Assembly: GCA_903832855.1 (NCBI GenBank)
Contig: CAILDB010000012.1
Location: forward strand, 4,368 to 68,367
Direction: 5' to 3'
Source of the DNA: an uncultured bacterium
GTDB lineage: Bacteria > Patescibacteriota > Minisyncoccia > Phycocordibacterales > GWA1-40-21
Length of the DNA stretch: 64,000 nucleotides
How positions within the stretch are numbered: position 1 is the first letter of the stretch; each line of letters opens with the position of its first letter. The notes below the pieces were generated by a model that saw only the letters and a list, made by a program, of their open reading frames with translations, was not told the DNA's origin and did not search any database. The position numbers were made by a program, and so were the translations under genes. Of this stretch, positions 45,544 to 54,820 are shown piece by piece.

Positions 45544-45653
45544 ATTGAGCTCCTTTTCTATTTTGTTTCTGTTGCCAATCCTTTTATATAATATGCTTTT
45601 TAATCAAAAAAGTCAATAGATAACAAATTTCATTTTTCTGTTATAATTTCTCT

Positions 45654-48035
45654 ATGCAAGATGAAGTTGAAAAAATAAAAAAATATGTTCGTGCGACAAA
45701 TTATCTTACAGTTGCTCAAATATATTTGCAGGACAATTATTTACTAAAAAATAAACTTACTTTTAACGATATCAAGTCTAGACTCCTTGGCCATTGGGGA
45801 ACTTGTCCAGGGATTAATTTTGTCTATGCAAACCTAAATAATTTAATTACAAAAACTTGTGCAAAAATGGCTTTTGTCCTAGGTCCCGGTCACGGATTTC
45901 CTGCACTCCAAGCCAATCTTTTTTTGGAAGGAACTTTGGGAAAATATTATCCAGAAGCTACAAAAGATTTTGCTGGTCTATCATATGTTGCCAAGGAGTT
46001 TAGCTGGCCATACGGATTTCCAAGTCATTCTAGTCCTGTCACCCCCGGAGTAATTCTCGAGGGTGGAGAACTCGGGTATTCTCTTTCTGTCTCTTATGGT
46101 GCGGTGCTAGATAACCCTGAACTTATCGTGGCATGTCTAGTCGGAGATGGTGAAGCGGAAACAGGACCACTTGCGACTGCGTGGCATTTGAATAAATTTA
46201 TTGATCCTGCGACAAATGGTGCTGTACTTCCGATATTGCATTTAAATGGTTACAAAATTTCCGGTCCAACTATCTTTGGCAGAATGAATAATTCTGATTT
46301 GAAATCCCTTTTCAAAGGCTACGGATATGAGCCGATAATTGTAGAAGGTAAAAACGACAAAGTTTATGAAAAAATGATAAAAGCTTTGGATGAATCGTAT
46401 GCGAAGATAAAAGCAATTCAAAAAGAAGCCAGAGAAAATAAAACTGAAAATAAAATCGCAAATGATGAAAAATATTTTGCCAGATTTCCTATGATAATTC
46501 TCAAAACACCAAAAGGATGGACTGGGATTAAAACCCTTAAAGGCGACAAAATAGAAGGGAATTGTCTGTCACACCAAGTCGTTGGAAAAGAAGCAAAGAC
46601 CGACAAAGTAGAATTAAAAGCGATAGAAAAATGGATGCACTCGTATAAATTTGAAGAACTTTTCAGCGAAGAAAAAGGTTTTGTGGAGGAACTTTCTAAA
46701 AATATTCCAAGAGAGGAACTGCGAATGGGGGACAATCCACATGCATATGGAATTAAAAAAGGAGACAATTCTAGAGATTTAATTTTGCCGGAAATTAACG
46801 AATTTTACGAAGATTTTTTGAACAGAGGTAAAGAAAATGTTGGTTCAATGAAGAAAATCGGCACATATCTCACTGAGGTTTTTAAATTAAATAAAGAAAA
46901 GAAAAATTTTCGTTTGATGTCACCAGATGAGACATATTCCAATCGTTTGCAGGATGTTTTTACACAAACCTCTCGTGCCTTCACTGGTCCCGTGATGGAA
47001 TGGGACAATAATATTTCCGCAGATGGCCGAGTAATGGAAATGCTTTCTGAACATTCAATGCAAGGGCTTGCGCAGGGTTACACTCTTACTGGAAGATTTG
47101 CGATTTTTGCCTCGTATGAGGCATTTATTCCAATTGTTTCAAGTATGGCGGATCAATATTCTAAATTTTTGAAAATTGCCAGAAAAACAGAGTGGCGAGG
47201 AGATGTTCCTTCGTTTAATTATATTTTGACTTCGTCTGGCTGGCGTCAGGAACACAACGGTTTTTCTCATCAGAACCCAGGATTTATAGATGGACTTTTG
47301 CAAAAGCACAACGACTTTATCAGCGTATTTTTCCCAGCAGATGCAAACGAGGCTATGGCTGTGATGAAAAGATGTTTGTCTTCAAAAAATGAAATAAATA
47401 TTATTGTCGCGGAAAAAACAATTGAGCCGATTTGGCTTAAAAAAGAAGAAGTTGAAAAAGAACTTGCGGACGGACTTTCTGTTTGGGATTTTGCAAGTGA
47501 TGAAAATCCTGACATCGTAATTGCTGGTTGCGGACAATATCTCGTCAAAGAGGCACTCGCCACAATTGATTTGATTAAAAAAGAAGTACCGGAAATAAAA
47601 GTGCGATTTGTAAATATTTTGGAACTTTCACCAAATACTATCGGTAGTGCACTTTCTCAAATGCCGGAAGATAAATTTGAAAAATATTTTACAAAAGATA
47701 AGCCAGTGATATTTAATTTCCACGGATATCCAGAAACCCTCAAGCAATCTATTTTTGATTATGAAAATGCGCTCGGCAGATTTTCTGTCCACGGATATTT
47801 GGAAAATGGATCTACTACAACGGCGTTTGATTTGCACATTAGAAATAAGACAGACAGATATAATCTTTTGATTGAAACGGTTTTAAAAATGGCAAAAAAT
47901 GGCGTGATTACCGAAGACAAAGCTTCAAAAATAGTAGAAATTTATCAACAAAAAATAATTGACCACAAAGAATACATAATTAAATTCGGCGCCGATCCAG
48001 ATGAAATAGAAAAGTGGCAGTGGAGTAAAAACTAA
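45654..48035 (+). CDS. xfp: xylulose-5-phosphate/fructose-6-phosphate phosphoketolase
   Basis: GHWGTCPG signature; thiamine-diphosphate enzyme motifs (GDGEAETGPLATAWH, EHSMQGLAQGY). Confidence 0.85.
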   Translation: MQDEVEKIKKYVRATNYLTVAQIYLQDNYLLKNKLTFNDIKSRLLGHWGTCPGINFVYANLNNLITKTCAKMAFVLGPGHGFPALQANLFLEGTLGKYYPEATKDFAGLSYVAKEFSWPYGFPSHSSPVTPGVILEGGELGYSLSVSYGAVLDNPELIVACLVGDGEAETGPLATAWHLNKFIDPATNGAVLPILHLNGYKISGPTIFGRMNNSDLKSLFKGYGYEPIIVEGKNDKVYEKMIKALDESYAKIKAIQKEARENKTENKIANDEKYFARFPMIILKTPKGWTGIKTLKGDKIEGNCLSHQVVGKEAKTDKVELKAIEKWMHSYKFEELFSEEKGFVEELSKNIPREELRMGDNPHAYGIKKGDNSRDLILPEINEFYEDFLNRGKENVGSMKKIGTYLTEVFKLNKEKKNFRLMSPDETYSNRLQDVFTQTSRAFTGPVMEWDNNISADGRVMEMLSEHSMQGLAQGYTLTGRFAIFASYEAFIPIVSSMADQYSKFLKIARKTEWRGDVPSFNYILTSSGWRQEHNGFSHQNPGFIDGLLQKHNDFISVFFPADANEAMAVMKRCLSSKNEINIIVAEKTIEPIWLKKEEVEKELADGLSVWDFASDENPDIVIAGCGQYLVKEALATIDLIKKEVPEIKVRFVNILELSPNTIGSALSQMPEDKFEKYFTKDKPVIFNFHGYPETLKQSIFDYENALGRFSVHGYLENGSTTTAFDLHIRNKTDRYNLLIETVLKMAKNGVITEDKASKIVEIYQQKIIDHKEYIIKFGADPDEIEKWQWSKN

Positions 48036-48036
48036 T

Positions 48037-49209
48037 ATGAAAAAATATTTAATAATAAATCCAGGAAGTGCATCCAGAAAATACGCGCTATATGAAGGCG
48101 AAAAAGAACTCGCTTATATGCATATTGAGAGTGAAGAGGGGGGGAATGAAATTAGCACTGTTACTGCACAAGGTAAAAAAGAAAAGAAAAATATTAGTGC
48201 TGAAGATTTTGATAAGTCGTTTGAATATACATTAAATGAACTCATAAAAGCTGGGCTTATTGCGAGCAAAGAGGATATTGCGGTCTGCGGAATTAGAGTC
48301 GTCGCTCCTGGAAATTTTTTCTTGCAAGATAAAATAATAAATTCTGAATATAAAAAATTGTTGAAAAAAGCTTTTGAAAAAGCGCCTCTTCATATTGCGC
48401 CAATTTTGGAAGAAATTAAAAAAATACGATATGCAATTGGAAGAATTCCTTTAGTTGGTATTTCGGACAGTGCGTTTCATTCCAGTATGATGGAAAAGTC
48501 CAAGAGATACGCAATACCATCTGAGGATGCAGAAAAATTTGAAATTTTCAGATATGGCTATCACGGAATTTCTTTGAGGTCTATTGTTTCAAAAATGGAA
48601 AAATCAGGGCCAATTCCAGAAAATGTAATTATCTGCCACATTGGTGGGGGTGTCAGCGTAACCGCGCTCAAAAATGGTAAAAGCATAGATACTACTATGG
48701 GACTTACTCCACTTGAAGGAGTCGTAATGGCGACAAGGGTGGGTGATATTGATTCTGGAGCGGTTGTTTATTTGTCCAAAGTAAAAAAGTTGAAAGGCAA
48801 AAATCTTTTGCAATACTTAAATAAAAAATGCGGACTTCTGGGAATAAGCGGGAAAAGTGATGATGTTCGCGATTTGATTAAAGCCGAAAACGAGGGCGAC
48901 AATCTTTCAAAACTTGCTCTTGATATGTATGCCTACAAAATTCAAAAATACATTGGTGCCTATGCAGTAGCTCTCGGTGGTCTTGATACAATTGTTTTTT
49001 CTGGAACAGTGGGGGAGAGATCTTTTTTGATGAGAGAAAGAATTTGCAAGGGGCTTGGATTTCTCGGTGTTGAAATAAATTCAATATTAAATAACACATC
49101 AGATAGTATAGATGTCGTCTTGAGCTCTCCAGAATCAAAAGTAAAAGTAGAAGTGGTCAAGACTGATGAAATGGCACAGATGGCAAAAGATACTGCAAAG
49201 TTTCTATAA
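48037..49209 (+). CDS. ackA: acetate kinase
   Basis: LIINPGSASRKYALYE N-terminus; HIGGGVSVTALKNGKSIDTTMG; VGERS motif. Confidence 0.85.
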   Translation: MKKYLIINPGSASRKYALYEGEKELAYMHIESEEGGNEISTVTAQGKKEKKNISAEDFDKSFEYTLNELIKAGLIASKEDIAVCGIRVVAPGNFFLQDKIINSEYKKLLKKAFEKAPLHIAPILEEIKKIRYAIGRIPLVGISDSAFHSSMMEKSKRYAIPSEDAEKFEIFRYGYHGISLRSIVSKMEKSGPIPENVIICHIGGGVSVTALKNGKSIDTTMGLTPLEGVVMATRVGDIDSGAVVYLSKVKKLKGKNLLQYLNKKCGLLGISGKSDDVRDLIKAENEGDNLSKLALDMYAYKIQKYIGAYAVALGGLDTIVFSGTVGERSFLMRERICKGLGFLGVEINSILNNTSDSIDVVLSSPESKVKVEVVKTDEMAQMAKDTAKFL

Positions 49210-49210
49210 T

Positions 49211-49251
49211 CCCTTCTGTCATCCCGGCGGAGGCCGGGATCCATCTTAATC
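49211..49251 (+). repeat. family-1 palindromic repeat copy after the ackA stop
   Basis: cccttctgtcatcccggcggaggccgggatccatcttaatc. Confidence 0.8.
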
Positions 49252-49296
49252 TTTCCTATAAAAATTCTCTCATCTCTTTTTCTAAAATAATTACTA

Positions 49297-49617
49297 GGCT
49301 CCGGAGGTAGGGATCGAACCTACGACCAATCGCTTACATTTGTTCCAAAATTTCTTTTGGCATGGACTATATCATCATCCTTCACAAAATTGTGAATTGG
49401 ATGTGGGGCGTTTCCCGGGATTTAAAAAATCCAAGTACTCTCTTTCGAGATAGTCTCTGAACCTTCAAGTCATGAGTGACTTGCTTGGCTGCTGATTGCC
49501 CGTTCGCCTCAAGCGAATTTGGGTTTCCAGCAATTAACCTCATTTTTCATCCTAAATTACTTTAGGAAGCTGCAAGTACGCTTACAGGCGATCGCTCTAC
49601 CGCTGAGCTACTCCGGA
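49297..49617 (-). tRNA. tRNA-Asn(GUU) interrupted by a 247-nt group I intron in the anticodon loop (between positions 35 and 36). The mature form has a class I variable loop, discriminator G and an encoded CC
   Basis: 5' exon 49584-49617 (TCCGGAG TA GCTC AGCGGTA GAGC G ATCGC CTGT). 3' exon 49297-49336 (TAA GCGAT TGGTC GTAGG TTCGATC CCTAC CTCCGGA G CC). Acceptor, D, anticodon and T stems all pair. The anticodon loop CUGUUAA is the same as E. coli tRNA-Asn. Confidence 0.65.
49337..49583 (-). ncRNA. group I self-splicing intron within tRNA-Asn
   Basis: Contains the canonical group I core elements R (GTTCAGAGACTA) and S (TGATATAGTCC), which form P7. The 5' exon ends in U, the intron ends in G (..caaatg), and a GCAG at intron position 11 could form P1 with exon CUGU. 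Confidence 0.65.
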
Positions 49618-49810
49618 GCCTAAAAATCATTTTTACCTATTAAGTTGTTTAAAGAACGGTGCCCTTTTTGAGCAAACTCATACTATCAGAAAATTCTAAA
49701 AAAATAAAGGGCGTGGTGTCTGCATAAGTAAAATTTGAACCCTCATTGCATTTATTGTAAAAAAGAGTATTTTATGTGTGGAAGTAGGTCTCAAACATGA
49801 GGAGAAAAAC

Positions 49811-50026
49811 ATGAGCATTTGTAAGGTTGACTCTCGACTGATTTGGAACTTGGATGATATTGTCAGCTTGACCCATGATATTTCTAGGGTGGCCGGACGT
49901 GACAGAAGGAAGGAATTTGAGATAATCTTAGTTCCAGTACTTGATCGAATGTTTATGGTCAAGATTCAAGGCCCAGAAGAATACCGTGCCTTGATTGAAA
50001 AGATGTCTAACCAAGAGATTGTATAA
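49811..50026 (+). CDS. small hypothetical protein
   Basis: GAGGAG Shine-Dalgarno upstream; terminator hairpin at 50057-50093. Confidence 0.3.
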   Translation: MSICKVDSRLIWNLDDIVSLTHDISRVAGRDRRKEFEIILVPVLDRMFMVKIQGPEEYRALIEKMSNQEIV

Positions 50027-50056
50027 GGTATTGAACTTAGTTGTTTGGTCATGAGG

Positions 50057-50093
50057 TTCTACTAGTCCACGATTGCCGAAAGGTGATCGTGGG
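50057..50093 (+). terminator. hairpin ccacgattgccgaaaggtgatcgtgg gcggttttttt
   Basis: 7-bp stem followed by a T7 tract. Confidence 0.55.
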
Positions 50094-50342
50094 CGGTTTT
50101 TTTATACAAAACTTAACTTCTTTGATGAAGTGTTGTATTATAGTGTATATGGTTATAGATATAGAATTAACATTAAATAGATGGGGTTTCGGAAGAATTA
50201 GTGAAAATAAATTTCAATTTTTGTGTTTAAGATTTTCCAAATGGAAAATTCCAAATAAATATTCTATTTCCTTTGAAATAAATTGGCGAGTAAAGGAATA
50301 AAACATTTTCTAACTTTCTTTTTTTATGCTAAAATAAATAGC

Positions 50343-51344
50343 ATGGGAAAGCATGGAAAAAGGATTATTTATGTTGCCTCGTTTGTCTCCTTAATATTTG
50401 TACTAGTACTATTGTTACCAATCTTTTTGAAATTTTATATTGAACACAGGTCTTCATTATCGACAGCATTTAGTGAATTTCCTGTCACAGTAAATCCAAA
50501 AGACAAAACCATAACTGAAGATGAAAAAGTAAACGAATTTCTAGCAAATAAACATTCTCTACTGGGGGCAACTGTTATTGAAAGTGGAAATTTCTTATGG
50601 AATCTGTTTGAAAATGTCGCACTGTCGATAGCCAATACTCCGTGGTATGAGAATACCGCTAGTGTCGGTAGTCGATTCGTAACTATTCAGCCGGGTATGA
50701 GAAAAGAACAAGTTGCTAATACTTTTGGAGATACTTTAAAGTGGAATAGTAAACAGAAAAAAGAATTTATCACTCCCATAGGTAGCTCAACATTGCCACT
50801 TGCCGAAGGATCTTTTACTCCCGGACTTTATTCTGTCATGATGGGTATGACTCCAGGTGAAGCACAGGCAATTATAAATGAAAGATTTTCTGACGAAGTG
50901 TTGGCTCACTATGGGACAGCGACGCAAAAAATTGTTCCATTAAATGAAGCTTTAATCATAGCTTCACTAATACAAAGAGAGACAGTAAGTACAGATGGTA
51001 TGCGTTTGTTATCTGGTATTATGTGGAACAGATTATTTTTAGGGATGAATTTACAAATAGATTCCACGCTCCAATATGCAAAGGCAAATAAAAGCACGGT
51101 GACGAGCTGGTGGCCAAAAGTAGTACCGAACGACAAATATATATCATCACCGTTTAATACATATAAATATAAAGGTTTACCACCAACACCCATAGCAAAC
51201 CCATCTGTTGCAGCCATTTTAGCAGCACTGAATCCCATAAATACTTCGTGCCTATTTTACTTTAATGATAAGACAGGAGCTTTCCATTGTTCGGACGATT
51301 ATACAGAGCATGTGTTACAAATAAAAAAATATTATGGAAATTAG
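50343..51344 (+). CDS. mltG: endolytic murein transglycosylase MltG/YceG family
   Basis: N-terminal TM helix; C-terminal signature SPFNTYKYKGLPPTPIANPSVAAILAALNP. Confidence 0.7.
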   Translation: MGKHGKRIIYVASFVSLIFVLVLLLPIFLKFYIEHRSSLSTAFSEFPVTVNPKDKTITEDEKVNEFLANKHSLLGATVIESGNFLWNLFENVALSIANTPWYENTASVGSRFVTIQPGMRKEQVANTFGDTLKWNSKQKKEFITPIGSSTLPLAEGSFTPGLYSVMMGMTPGEAQAIINERFSDEVLAHYGTATQKIVPLNEALIIASLIQRETVSTDGMRLLSGIMWNRLFLGMNLQIDSTLQYAKANKSTVTSWWPKVVPNDKYISSPFNTYKYKGLPPTPIANPSVAAILAALNPINTSCLFYFNDKTGAFHCSDDYTEHVLQIKKYYGN

Positions 51345-51428
51345 AGGCAGAATCCTGTTTCTATTTTTATTGACAAAGGAAATTTAATCTATTTTTTTGC
51401 GTTTAAATTTCTCTTTTTATTTTTATTT

Positions 51429-51437
51429 TGCTATAAT
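51429..51437 (+). promoter_or_regulatory. extended -10 TGCTATAAT ending 6 nt before the purF-1 ATG (near-leaderless transcript)
   Basis: The same TGCTATAAT element lies 9 nt before the purF-2 ATG (56805-56813). Confidence 0.4.
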
Positions 51438-51443
51438 GTTGGC

Positions 51444-52826
51444 ATGGAAAAAATTGGAGAAAAATGTGGGGTCTTTGGTATTTATGGAAAAGGCCTAGAT
51501 GTCAGTCGTCTCACATTTTTCGGGCTATATGCACTTCAGCATCGAGGTCAAGAAAGTTCAGGAATATCTTCTACCGATGGAAATGAAATTTTTTGCCACA
51601 AAAACAACGGTCTGGTCTCTCAAGTTTTCAATGAAGAAATAATTAAAAGTTTGAGAGGACATATCGCGATAGGACACAATAGATATTCTACTTCATCAGG
51701 CTCTGGAGCAGAGCACGCACAGCCTGTCGAAGTGTCTGATGGAAGCATTACTTTGGTTCATAACGGAAATATTCCAAGCGTAGTTAAGCTTCTCGAAATT
51801 TTAAAAAAGAAAAATGTTACACTCACAGATGCTTCTGATTCAAAGATAATTACCGAGATTCTTCATTGTCTAATAAAAGAAGGAAAGTCTTTTGAAAAAG
51901 CAGTTGAAGAAATTTTTCCACTTCTCATTGGTTCGTTTTCTATTTTAATAATGAATAAGGAAAAAATTATTGCCATCAGGGATAGTTTTGGAATTCGCCC
52001 CCTTTCTATCGCAAAATTAAATGGTGGATATGTGTTTGCCTCGGAAACCTGCGCCTTTCATCCTATCGGTGCTGTATATTTTAGAGATGTTGAGCCTGGA
52101 GAAATGGTAGTGGTGGATGAAAATGGTCTGAGAATAAAACAAATAATGAAAGGGAATCAAAAGTTGGATATTTTCGAATTCGTATATTTTTCTAGACCCG
52201 ATAGTGTCCTACTTGGTCAGTCCGTCTATGAAGTTAGGAAAAATTTTGGCATTCGCCTTGCAAAGGAATATAAAATAGATGCTGATGTGGTAATTCCTGT
52301 TCCTGAGACAGCTATACCTGTGGCGATAGGTTATGCAAATGCATCTGGTATACCTTTTGAAATGGGGTTGATAAAAAGCAGATATATTCACAGAACTTTT
52401 ATTGAGCCAGAACAGCATATTCGTGAGCAAGGAGTGAAGCTCAAGCTTGCTCCGCTCAAGGAAGAAATAGAAAATAAAAGAATTATTATTGTTGATGATT
52501 CTATTGTGAGAGGAACGACATCAAAGCAAATGGTTAAAATGCTTTTTGAAACAGGTGCTAGGGAAGTGCATTTTCTTGTGAGTTCTCCACCGGTAAAATT
52601 TCCGGATTTTTATGGCATAGATTTGCCTATTCAAAAACATCTTTTGGCAAACGGAAAAAGTGTTGAGGAGATGCGAGATTATTTGGGTTGTACATCTCTA
52701 AATTTTCTTTCATTTGATGGAATGATAGAAGCAACAAATATTCCTAAAGATAAATTTTGTACCTCATGTTTTTCCGGTATATATCCCATAGACTTATCTG
52801 AAAGGAAGAATGATTTTAATTGTTGA
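51444..52826 (+). CDS. purF: amidophosphoribosyltransferase (class II glutamine amidotransferase + PRTase), copy 1
   Basis: N-terminal nucleophile MEKIGEKCGVFGI; LQHRGQESSGI; PRTase loop IIVDDSIVRGTTSKQ; C-terminal Cys cluster CTSCFSG. Confidence 0.8.
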   Translation: MEKIGEKCGVFGIYGKGLDVSRLTFFGLYALQHRGQESSGISSTDGNEIFCHKNNGLVSQVFNEEIIKSLRGHIAIGHNRYSTSSGSGAEHAQPVEVSDGSITLVHNGNIPSVVKLLEILKKKNVTLTDASDSKIITEILHCLIKEGKSFEKAVEEIFPLLIGSFSILIMNKEKIIAIRDSFGIRPLSIAKLNGGYVFASETCAFHPIGAVYFRDVEPGEMVVVDENGLRIKQIMKGNQKLDIFEFVYFSRPDSVLLGQSVYEVRKNFGIRLAKEYKIDADVVIPVPETAIPVAIGYANASGIPFEMGLIKSRYIHRTFIEPEQHIREQGVKLKLAPLKEEIENKRIIIVDDSIVRGTTSKQMVKMLFETGAREVHFLVSSPPVKFPDFYGIDLPIQKHLLANGKSVEEMRDYLGCTSLNFLSFDGMIEATNIPKDKFCTSCFSGIYPIDLSERKNDFNC

Positions 52827-52883
52827 ACTTTTATGAGGCATCGGATTTTCATTGTTTTTTTATTGAAACTGTGTTAGAATAAT

Positions 52884-53255
52884 TTGATGTATATGACTTT
52901 GGTGACGAAAGAATTTATTGTGGGTATTTTCCTAGTGGTACTCGGTTTTCTTGTTTTTTTTATTTTTGGAGGAAATGCAAAAAATACTTTACCTTTTGCA
53001 GCTGTTTTGTCTATTGATAATTATATTAATATTGCAACATCCACACCCAATGTTGATCAATCAACACTTTTTCATTATATAGAAATAATTAATGGGTGTG
53101 GTCCATATTATAATAATTCCTTGTGTGTAAATATGCGTTCCGGTCCTGGCACAGAATATCCAGCAGTAGTTCGTTTACGAACCGGTGTCGTTTTGAAAGT
53201 GGAGAATACCGTAGTGCAAGACGGATTGTGGTATTTACTGATAAAGAATAGATAA
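52884..53255 (+). CDS. membrane-anchored protein with a bacterial SH3-like C-terminal segment
   Basis: TM helix; MRSGPGTEYPAVVRLRTGVVLKVENTVVQDGLWYLL resembles an SH3b motif. Confidence 0.35.
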   Translation: MMYMTLVTKEFIVGIFLVVLGFLVFFIFGGNAKNTLPFAAVLSIDNYINIATSTPNVDQSTLFHYIEIINGCGPYYNNSLCVNMRSGPGTEYPAVVRLRTGVVLKVENTVVQDGLWYLLIKNR

Positions 53256-53294
53256 AAAGATATTTTTTCTTATGTGTGCTATAATTAATGTATT

Positions 53295-53579
53295 ATGAAA
53301 AAGAAAAAAACAAATAAGAGAATGAGTAAGAAAATAAAATCTGTTGCAAAGACTGTTGCAAAGAAAACGAAATTGCTTATGGGTAAAGCAAACAAGAAAG
53401 CCAAGAAGGTGGCAAAGTCAATTCAAAAAGAATGGAAAAAAGAAAAGCCTCATCGTGAAGAATATAGAGAAGAATTAAAAAAAGCCGTTGGTAATGCACT
53501 TGAAGATGGTATTAAAATAGGTGGTGATATTTTTGAAACAATTAAGAAAGATATTAAAGAGATCAATAGTAAAAAATAA
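53295..53579 (+). CDS. small lysine-rich hypothetical protein
   Basis: ORF only. Confidence 0.3.
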   Translation: MKKKKTNKRMSKKIKSVAKTVAKKTKLLMGKANKKAKKVAKSIQKEWKKEKPHREEYREELKKAVGNALEDGIKIGGDIFETIKKDIKEINSKK

Positions 53580-53902
53580 ATAAGGTCGTTATTATTAGAA
53601 TTTAATTTAATTTAAATATATGCAAAAAAGTACAATTTTAGCAGTCAGTGTTGTTTTATTAGTGCTTGGAGTGATTGGTCTTGTGACTAGCTTCTCTACA
53701 TTTTTGATGTGGACTCTCGTAATCTTGGGTTTAGTCGGTCTAGTTTGGGGTTATGTAAATAAACCAAAGGACGGCGAAAAAAAATAAAGGGTATTAAGCC
53801 GTAATAAAAGCAGTAGATAAAAGAAAATCACCCGCTAATAAAGTGGGTGTTTTTTTATCGTGTTGCGTATTAATATAATATATGTGTTACAATTGTAGTA
53901 TT

Positions 53903-54820
53903 ATGAAAAAAACAATAATCACGTTTGCAGTTGTTATTATTCTTGTCGCTGGCGGTATTTATTATTTTATTAATAGCTCACCTAAGGAAGTCGTGGAGGA
54001 TACAAATCAAACTGTTGCAACGACTACCAACACTACTGCAACGACAACCGCTACTAGTACGAAGCCTGTTGATAAAACAATGACTGTAATAGGGAAGTCT
54101 GTAGAGGGAAGAGATATTGTTGCGTATCACTTCGGAACAGGTGCTACCGAACTTTTATTTGTCGGTGGTATTCACGGTGGATATGAATGGAACACAGTAC
54201 TTGTCGCTTACAATTTAGTTGACTATTTGAAGGCAAATCTAGGTGCGATTCCGGCGAACATAAAAGTAACTGTCATTCCAGTACTTAATCCTGATGGTTT
54301 GAATAAAGTGGTGGGTACAACAACTGGCAATTTTTCAAGTCAGGATGTAATCAGTGGAGTAAAGACCCCGGGTTTTGGTCGTTTTAACGATAATGGAGTG
54401 GACTTGAATCGAAACTTTGATTGTGATTGGCAGACAGTTGGTAAATGGCAAAACATGGATGTAAATGGGGGGAGCGCAGTATTTTCCGAACCGGAAAGTT
54501 TGGCTATGAAAAATTATATTGGAGCAAACAATCCCAAAGCAGTAGTTGTTTATTATAGCGCTGCTGGTGGAGTTTATTCTTCAAGTTGCCACAACGGTAT
54601 TTTGCCAGAAACAAACACTCTTACAAAAACTTATGCCAAAGCTTCTGGTTACCCTGCATATGAGACATTTGATTTTTATGCCACAACTGGAGATATGGTA
54701 AATTGGCTTGCTAAAATAAATATTCCTGCAATTAGTGTTCTTCTTACAAATCACAATGATGTGGAATGGTCAAAAAACTTAGCTGGTGTTCAAGCTCTAC
54801 TTAAATATTACGGTAAATAA
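53903..54820 (+). CDS. membrane-anchored M14 zinc-carboxypeptidase-like protein, probably catalytically inactive
   Basis: Retains HGGYE and DLNRNF. At the positions aligned with the active paralog, the third zinc ligand His is Tyr (VVVYYSAAG against VVFWHSKSD) and the catalytic Glu is Leu (ISVLLTNH against ITVELKTH). Confidence 0.55.
   Translation: MKKTIITFAVVIILVAGGIYYFINSSPKEVVEDTNQTVATTTNTTATTTATSTKPVDKTMTVIGKSVEGRDIVAYHFGTGATELLFVGGIHGGYEWNTVLVAYNLVDYLKANLGAIPANIKVTVIPVLNPDGLNKVVGTTTGNFSSQDVISGVKTPGFGRFNDNGVDLNRNFDCDWQTVGKWQNMDVNGGSAVFSEPESLAMKNYIGANNPKAVVVYYSAAGGVYSSSCHNGILPETNTLTKTYAKASGYPAYETFDFYATTGDMVNWLAKINIPAISVLLTNHNDVEWSKNLAGVQALLKYYGK

Noticed and set aside
6861-49251. Palindromic repeats as a CRISPR array
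   Set aside because: Copies are dispersed singly over 43 kb with no regular repeat-spacer periodicity and no cas genes. They behave like REP/MITE-type elements.
49690-49760. tRNA-like T-loop sequence (gggttcaaatttt) on the minus strand near 49720
   Set aside because: No complementary T-stem or acceptor pairing could be built, so it was not called as a tRNA.
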